Assembly: GCF_000619845.1 (NCBI RefSeq)
Contig: NZ_JHUX01000003.1
Span: 1,240,064 to 1,272,063 of the forward strand
From: Alkanindiges illinoisensis DSM 15370
Lineage (GTDB): Bacteria > Pseudomonadota > Gammaproteobacteria > Pseudomonadales > Moraxellaceae
Direction: 5' to 3'
DNA length: 32,000 nt
The notes under the pieces were generated by a model that worked only from the letters and a program-made list of their open reading frames with translations, made no database searches and was not told the DNA's origin. The position numbers were made by a program, and so were the translations under genes. Shown piece after piece: positions 27,009 through 32,000 of this stretch (the first letter of the stretch is position 1; each line of letters starts with the position of its first letter).

Positions 27009-27842
27009 ATGAATGAATATCTGTTGAAACAGCCACTTCGTTACTGGTGGCTCACTGCCCTGCTCATTGCCATTAATTGCGGTATATTTGGATGGCAGGT
27101 GCTGAGTGGTGTCAGTGCAACTGACCCTAGTGTGCCTGACCTGATCAGATGGGGTGCTGACTTTGCACCGCTCACCCTGACCAGTGAAAACTGGCGTTTG
27201 CTCAGTAGCATATTTTTGCATATTGGTTTTGTGCACTTGCTACTGAACATGTGGGCCTTATATTTGTTTGGTGTGTATGCCGAATTTTATTATGGCCGAT
27301 TCTGGTATGTGGTGATTTACCTGCTTGCAGGCATTGCCGGTAATTTAGCCAGCAACTATGTAAGCCTGCACAATGCGCTAGAGTTTTCAAATACTGCCAT
27401 TTTACAAGCCAGTAGTAGCATGAATAGCAGCCTTAATAACAGTTTGACACCGATGGTCAGTGCTGGTGCTTCAGGCGCGATTATGGGAATGGGCGGTGCA
27501 CTACTGGTTGCAGCGTTATGGCCTAAAAAAGACCTTGAGCCTAAATACCTACTCAATAAAAATGCATTGATTATGCTGGCTCTGTTGAATCTGGGCTTGG
27601 GTCTTTTTGTCAGTGGCATTAATAGCATTGCCCATTTGGGTGGCTTTGCGGGTGGACTTATATTGGCGCTGGGCTATCGCTTTTGTCTTAACTTTTCAGG
27701 ATTTAGTAGATACAGCCTGCAAGTGGCGTTCATTGCTGGAGGTATAGCCACATTAATTTATATCGATTACTGGCTGATTGAACACGCAAAGCAATTACTG
27801 CATTTCTGGTCAATTTATTTAATACAGTTTAAGCCTTCATAA
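27009..27842 (+). CDS. Rhomboid-family intramembrane serine protease
   Basis: 277 aa polytopic protein. 'FLHIGFVHLLLNM', catalytic 'GASGAIMG' (GxSG) and 'AHLGGFAGG' His motif. Confidence 0.85.
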   Translation: MNEYLLKQPLRYWWLTALLIAINCGIFGWQVLSGVSATDPSVPDLIRWGADFAPLTLTSENWRLLSSIFLHIGFVHLLLNMWALYLFGVYAEFYYGRFWYVVIYLLAGIAGNLASNYVSLHNALEFSNTAILQASSSMNSSLNNSLTPMVSAGASGAIMGMGGALLVAALWPKKDLEPKYLLNKNALIMLALLNLGLGLFVSGINSIAHLGGFAGGLILALGYRFCLNFSGFSRYSLQVAFIAGGIATLIYIDYWLIEHAKQLLHFWSIYLIQFKPS

Positions 27843-27863
27843 TTTAAAATCTGTCCATATAAA

Positions 27864-27901
27864 AATCCCTTCTAAACTTTTATTGACGCCTAGAAGGGAT
27901 T
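27864..27901. terminator. Hairpin terminator between convergent rhomboid and PLD genes
   Basis: AATCCCTTCTA (27864-27874) pairs with TAGAAGGGATT (27891-27901), an 11-bp perfect stem. A T-run follows on the minus strand (PLD side). Confidence 0.7.
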
Positions 27902-27932
27902 AAGTCAATGATAGACAATAATACACAACAGA

Positions 27933-29408
27933 TTAAAACGTCGACAAACCACTCCATTCGGTAAAGCGATACCACCAGTATTTCAATTGCGATTCATCCT
28001 TATACTTTTCATAAGCCACACTTAAATTCTGGCCATTCTGGTTGGTCCAGACCCGGTCAAAATAAGCATGCGCTTGCGTAATGGCAGGATAATCTGCATT
28101 GGCCAGTAGGCGCACATCGGTTTCCAGATTCAGGTTATTCAGGTTGCGACGGGTAAAGTTGGCAGACCCCAAAATCAGCTCAGCCTGGCCATTTTTGGCG
28201 CTGGTTTTTACCAGCATTTTGGTATGACACTGCTCGCCATGGGTGCTACACCAGCGTAACGGTACGCCTGCTTGTTTAAGCTCCATCGCCACCTGCCGGT
28301 TGGGAATACCATTTTTCTTACGGCCAAACGCATCCTCATTCGGGTCTAGCAGCAAGCGAACGTTGACACCGCGCTGTTTTGCATCCTTGATCGCTGCAAT
28401 GATTTTACGATGCGACAAATAAAACACGGCAATATCCAGCCGGTCACCCGATTGTGCGGTATTTAAACTATTGAGCAAGGCATCGCGAATTTTGGCTTCA
28501 GTCAGGATCTGCAAACGTGGCTGATCATCACTGGCCGGTGGTGGCACTGCCGTCACAATAAAGGGCAAGTCGGCACCCGACATTCGCGCAACAGCCCGTT
28601 CGGTTTCCAGAACATCCAGCGCAGCCGCACCAGAAAACTTGAGCGCGGTATTGTCGTGCCAGCTACTGGCATTGTGTGGATTGGCCGAAGTTACCAGCGC
28701 CTGCCATCCATCTGGGGCATCAGTAATGAGTGTTTTGCGGTGATTGGCCTTAAAATTAAACAAGGTGAAGTAACTGCGCAAGGTAATTTTATCAGCACCC
28801 AGTGGATTGGGTAGCCAACCTGCCTGCGGGTTGTTGTCAAACCACTGGCAGCACAAATACCAGAATCCCGACCATAAGGGATTGGACGCGCGCAGTGGCT
28901 TAAGGTCAGTTTCAATCACTTCAACTCCAGCCTGCCGCAAGTCCAGCAAGTTACGGGTGAACTGGCCACCATAAACTGTGTTAATGGGATCGGTAATCAC
29001 CACAATTTGTATGTCAGACTGGCTTTTATGCTTGGCAATCAGCGCCTGCGTCAGCTCGGCTGTCAGGTTGCGGTATTTGGCCTTAGAATCACCTACATAA
29101 TCATTAAACAAAAACATGTCCACCACAATCATGCGGCGTGCCTGACTGATCATGTCAAAGGCCTGATCAAAAATTTCCTGCTGCTGGTGGCGCTGGTTCT
29201 GCTGGTCGGTATAGGTATAATCGCCCAGAAACTGTACCTGCCCGGCTGTACGCAGCGGCAAGGCCACATTCAAGCCTTGCGGTAATGGCTTATAAACCTG
29301 ATAAATTGCCGATGCCAGATAAGCCAGACACCACAATCCCAGCAAAAACATTAACATGGTTTTTTTTGTCCAGTTTAGTTGATTAAGCAAATACTGAAAA
29401 AAACGCAT
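27933..29408 (-). CDS. Phospholipase D family protein (two HKD-type motifs), N-terminally membrane-anchored
   Basis: 491 aa with the TM helix 'MLMFLLGLWCLAYLASAIY'. First motif 'HRKTLITD...VTSANP'. Second motif 'HTKMLVKT...LGSANFTRRN', where the D of HxK(x)4D is replaced by T. Confidence 0.88.
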   Translation of the reverse strand: MRFFQYLLNQLNWTKKTMLMFLLGLWCLAYLASAIYQVYKPLPQGLNVALPLRTAGQVQFLGDYTYTDQQNQRHQQQEIFDQAFDMISQARRMIVVDMFLFNDYVGDSKAKYRNLTAELTQALIAKHKSQSDIQIVVITDPINTVYGGQFTRNLLDLRQAGVEVIETDLKPLRASNPLWSGFWYLCCQWFDNNPQAGWLPNPLGADKITLRSYFTLFNFKANHRKTLITDAPDGWQALVTSANPHNASSWHDNTALKFSGAAALDVLETERAVARMSGADLPFIVTAVPPPASDDQPRLQILTEAKIRDALLNSLNTAQSGDRLDIAVFYLSHRKIIAAIKDAKQRGVNVRLLLDPNEDAFGRKKNGIPNRQVAMELKQAGVPLRWCSTHGEQCHTKMLVKTSAKNGQAELILGSANFTRRNLNNLNLETDVRLLANADYPAITQAHAYFDRVWTNQNGQNLSVAYEKYKDESQLKYWWYRFTEWSGLSTF

Positions 29409-29532
29409 ACATCACTCTTGAGGAATTATTTAAGCATAGTGTAATTCATCCCTCCTTTAAAATTTAAGTATTTATGCAATCCAGTGACTCATCTGTTTTT
29501 TAAGGTTAGGCAGCTTTTTATTTTTAATAAAC

Positions 29533-29555
29533 GTTATGTTATAATATATCTTTTA
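29533..29555 (+). promoter_or_regulatory. Zur box overlapping the -10 element of the rpmE2 promoter
   Basis: ATGTTATAATATATC (29536-29550) matches the gamma-proteobacterial Zur core ATGTTATAnTATAAC at 13 of 14 defined positions. It contains TATAAT (29540-29545), 29 nt upstream of the rpmE2 ATG. Confidence 0.65.
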
Positions 29556-29573
29556 AAAGCCAAGAGAATAATC

Positions 29574-29834
29574 ATGCGCGCCAATATTCATCCGTCCTAT
29601 CAGGAAGTGTTATTTCACGATACCAACGCCGATGTGTACTTTGTCATCCGGTCTACCCTACAGCCCAAACAAACCCGTGAATTTGAGGGCAAAATATACC
29701 CTTATGTCACGCTGGATATTTCCAGTGCCTCGCATCCGTTTTATACAGGGGAAGTGCGTCAGGCCAGCAATGAAGGCCGTGTTGCCAGCTTTAACAAGCG
29801 TTTTGGCCGTTTTGCAGGTCGTAAAAAAGCTTAA
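29574..29834 (+). CDS. rpmE2: 50S ribosomal protein L31 type B (zinc-independent, C-minus paralog)
   Basis: 86 aa '[16 protein letters not shown]...[25 protein letters not shown]' with no Cys residues (no CxxC zinc ribbon). The ORF-track start at 29484 is an artefactual extension. Confidence 0.93.
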   Translation: MRANIHPSYQEVLFHDTNADVYFVIRSTLQPKQTREFEGKIYPYVTLDISSASHPFYTGEVRQASNEGRVASFNKRFGRFAGRKKA

Positions 29835-29870
29835 GTTACAGCACTGAAACTACTGTCTGAAACTACAAAT

Positions 29871-29910
29871 AAGCCCAGCCTGAATATCTCTTTTGGCTGG
29901 GTGTTCTTTA
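29871..29910 (+). terminator. Putative rpmE2 terminator
   Basis: CCCAGCC (29874-29880) pairs with GGCTGGG (29895-29901), 14-nt loop, T-rich tail. Confidence 0.55.
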
Positions 29911-29928
29911 TGGTGTTTTTTATATCTT

Positions 29929-29964
29929 TAAAAAAAGCCACCTTATTGATCAAATAAAGTGGCT
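29929..29964 (-). terminator. Rho-independent terminator of the TonB-dependent receptor gene
   Basis: The minus strand reads AGCCACTTTATTT-gatc-AATAAGGTGGCTTTTTTT. Confidence 0.7.
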
Positions 29965-29994
29965 GAGGATTAAACTCAAAATGTGGCTAATCAA

Positions 29995-32000
29995 TTAAAA
30001 CTTTAGCTGTATGCCCGCAGTAAAATTACGGCCAGGCTGCGGAATGGTCGATAAAAACGAGCTATGGCTATAGTATTTTTCATCCAGCAAATTATTCATT
30101 TGCAGATATAACCGATAGCTGTTGCGGGCATTTAACTCACCATCATAGGCCAGTGTGGCATTAATCAGGTTATAGCCTGCGGTGGTGGATTCATAGTCGG
30201 CAATATCATTTTGCTTAAACACATGCGCGTATTCGAGTGCACCGCCCAGTTGTCCACCCAAGGCATCCCAGTTGGCCTGTATACGGCTGCCCAGACGTGC
30301 TGCCGGGATACGTGGCAGATTACTGTTTCCTTTTAAATCGCTGCTATCCAGTTTGGCGCGTACGTAATCACCAAACAAAGTAGCTGTGTAATTGTCGTCA
30401 ATGCAGTAACTGCTTTCAGCCTCAACACCATTAAACGTAGCATCAGCTTGCGTGTATTGAATCAGGCGAAAATCTTCAAAGCGATCCAGTGTCTTGGCAT
30501 AAATATAGTCATCCACCTGATTATGGTAGGCACTTAAGCCAAAGGTGAAATCACCCGACGTTTTACGCAGGCTCAGCTCAACATTATTGGATTTTTCATT
30601 GCTTAGATTGGCATCACCCAGCTCATAGGTATTAGTGGCAAAGTGCCCTCCATTGGCGTATAGCTCCTGGGTATTTGGCATACGTTCAGAATGGGCCAGT
30701 GACAAAGCCAGTGCATAATCCGGCACAAATTCCCAGGTGGCTGCAAAAGACGCGGAAGTCGCCGTATCGTCATAGTCCTTTGTGCTAAATTTAGCCAGAC
30801 CCAGTTCTGGATTAATGGTTTGCCATTCCTGTCGCGCACCCAACTCAAAGTGGACATCATTCCACTGATAATGCTCCAGCAAAAAGGCACTGATATTCTC
30901 AGTCAGGGTTTTGGGCAAAAAGGCTTCTTCACCATTGGCTTCAAAGTCCGAGCGCGCATATTGCAGACCCAGCACGCCTTCAAAACCGGCCACTGGCACA
31001 TGCGTTAATTCAATGCGCCCATCATAGCCTTTATTATTAAATTGGGTTGCGACACTGCCCTCTTCTACTTCATCGTGCTGGTAATCAGTATAGCCTGCCC
31101 TGACCCGGATCTTGTCAAACCCGGTAAATGGCTGTGCATACTCTGCCCGAAAATCCACACGCTTGCTGTCGAGTTCGATCCACGGTGCAGTTTCATGATT
31201 ATGGTCGTGATCGTGTTCATGGCCGTCATCATGATCATGTGCCGCTTCATCTTCACCTTCATGTCCCTCATCATGTCCGCCACAATGCAAATGCGTACCA
31301 TGCGGATGGCAGCTTTCATATTCATGGCTATGGCCGGGCAAGCCATATTCATCCTTGCGCTGGGTAAAGGCCAAGCCGGCAAAACCACGCTCGCCAATCC
31401 ATGACAACCCTACACTGGCATTTTCACCTGTCGCATAAGAACCATCGACCCGTTTTTCATTCTCACCTTCTGGCGCGTAGCCACGTACCTTATAATCATT
31501 GGCATCGCGTTTAACCCCTTCAACATGCAGGGCAAACTGCTCACCCAGCCCCACTGTGACAGCCGCTGCCGCCGCTTTTTCATCCGCTACTGTGTTGCCT
31601 CTTAAATTGACTTCTCCCTCAAGTCCATTTTCAGGCATACGGGTGGGAATCTTGTTATCCAGTACATTAATAGCCCCACCAATTGCACCACTGCCATACA
31701 GCAAGGTTGAAGGCCCACGTAAAACCTCAATTTTTTCGGACAATAATGGCTCGACCGTCACCATATGATCCGGTGAAATCGCGGAAGCATCCATGACTTC
31801 TGAACCATCCGACAATACCTTCACCCGGGGCGCAGTTTGCCCGCGAATCACAGGGCGACTGGCCCCACCGCCAAAACTATCGGCATAAATGCCCGGCTGC
31901 CCGGCCAGTGCCTGTCCTAATGTCGTTGCCCCGCTGGCCAATTGATCATGCTCAACCACACTGACTGGGGTGGCAATATCAGCAGCAGTTCGATCCAGCG
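29995..32000 (-). CDS. znuD: TonB-dependent outer-membrane receptor with His/Asp-rich loop, ZnuD-like zinc receptor (5' end outside window)
   Basis: The reading frame stays open to position 32000 ('...LDRTAADIATPVSVVEHDQL' is plug-domain sequence), so the GTG at 31959 is not the true start. C-terminal beta-barrel ends in '...FTAGIQLKF'. Loop 'GHSHEYESCHPHGTHLHCGGHDEGHEGEDEAAHDHDDGHEHDHDHNHE' at 31195-31332. Confidence 0.88.
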   Translation of the reverse strand, partial: LDRTAADIATPVSVVEHDQLASGATTLGQALAGQPGIYADSFGGGASRPVIRGQTAPRVKVLSDGSEVMDASAISPDHMVTVEPLLSEKIEVLRGPSTLLYGSGAIGGAINVLDNKIPTRMPENGLEGEVNLRGNTVADEKAAAAAVTVGLGEQFALHVEGVKRDANDYKVRGYAPEGENEKRVDGSYATGENASVGLSWIGERGFAGLAFTQRKDEYGLPGHSHEYESCHPHGTHLHCGGHDEGHEGEDEAAHDHDDGHEHDHDHNHETAPWIELDSKRVDFRAEYAQPFTGFDKIRVRAGYTDYQHDEVEEGSVATQFNNKGYDGRIELTHVPVAGFEGVLGLQYARSDFEANGEEAFLPKTLTENISAFLLEHYQWNDVHFELGARQEWQTINPELGLAKFSTKDYDDTATSASFAATWEFVPDYALALSLAHSERMPNTQELYANGGHFATNTYELGDANLSNEKSNNVELSLRKTSGDFTFGLSAYHNQVDDYIYAKTLDRFEDFRLIQYTQADATFNGVEAESSYCIDDNYTATLFGDYVRAKLDSSDLKGNSNLPRIPAARLGSRIQANWDALGGQLGGALEYAHVFKQNDIADYESTTAGYNLINATLAYDGELNARNSYRLYLQMNNLLDEKYYSHSSFLSTIPQPGRNFTAGIQLKF

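Noticed and set aside
29844-29866. Direct repeat CTGAAACTAC x2 (3-nt spacer) in the rpmE2 3' region
   Set aside because: It is short, has only two copies, and I cannot assign it any structure or known motif.
31042-31404. Three ORFs (79-120 aa, both strands) rich in His/Met/Ile over the receptor's His-rich tract
   Set aside because: These are frame-shifted or antisense readings of the GAT/CAT/GAA low-complexity repeat that encodes the ZnuD-like loop.
1-32000. Search for tRNA/rRNA genes, CRISPR arrays, IS elements/transposases, integrases, toxin-antitoxin pairs or known defence-system gene sets
   Set aside because: I saw no cloverleaf-like or rRNA-like conserved segments and no regularly spaced repeats. 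No transposase, integrase or recombinase ORFs are present. The macrodomain gene has no DarT-like partner, and the PLD protein is membrane-anchored and solitary. No such feature is supportable from this sequence.

Overview
This window looks like a chromosomal core segment of an Acinetobacter (Moraxellaceae) genome. The main basis is the rubA-rubB-estB-oxyR arrangement, known from Acinetobacter ADP1, together with a near-canonical 54-aa Acinetobacter-type rubredoxin. I support 30 protein-coding genes. Housekeeping genes: CPA1 Na+/H+ antiporter, rpoD, ybeD-like/lipB, trmL, rlmM, lysS, ppk1, mtgA. Redox and lipid-related genes: SCP2-like protein + Fe-ADH, Zn-ADH, MaoC dehydratase, DCC oxidoreductase + DoxX, a signal-peptide-bearing Mn/Fe-type SOD, and a rubrerythrin-like protein with rubA, rubB, a macrodomain protein, estB and oxyR. 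Others: a rhomboid protease, a membrane-anchored PLD, and a zinc-limitation pair (Zur-box-preceded C-minus L31 paralog and a His-rich ZnuD-like TonB receptor that runs off the window end). I found no rRNA, tRNA, CRISPR array, IS element or integrase. The least ordinary parts are two strongly AT-rich single-gene insertions in conserved backbone. Hand counts give 13-15 G+C per 60 nt in the insertions versus 29/60 in rpoD. One is a 950-aa fusion of an unknown N-terminal module, a divergent GT2 domain and a TagF-like glycerophosphotransferase, between rlmM and lysS. The other is a 180-aa orphan between ybeD and lipB. I could not demonstrate a clear multi-gene novel system; the candidates below are ranked honestly. 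Several regulatory sites and inverted repeats read directly from the sequence are also reported (Zur box, Pho-box-like site, intrinsic terminators).
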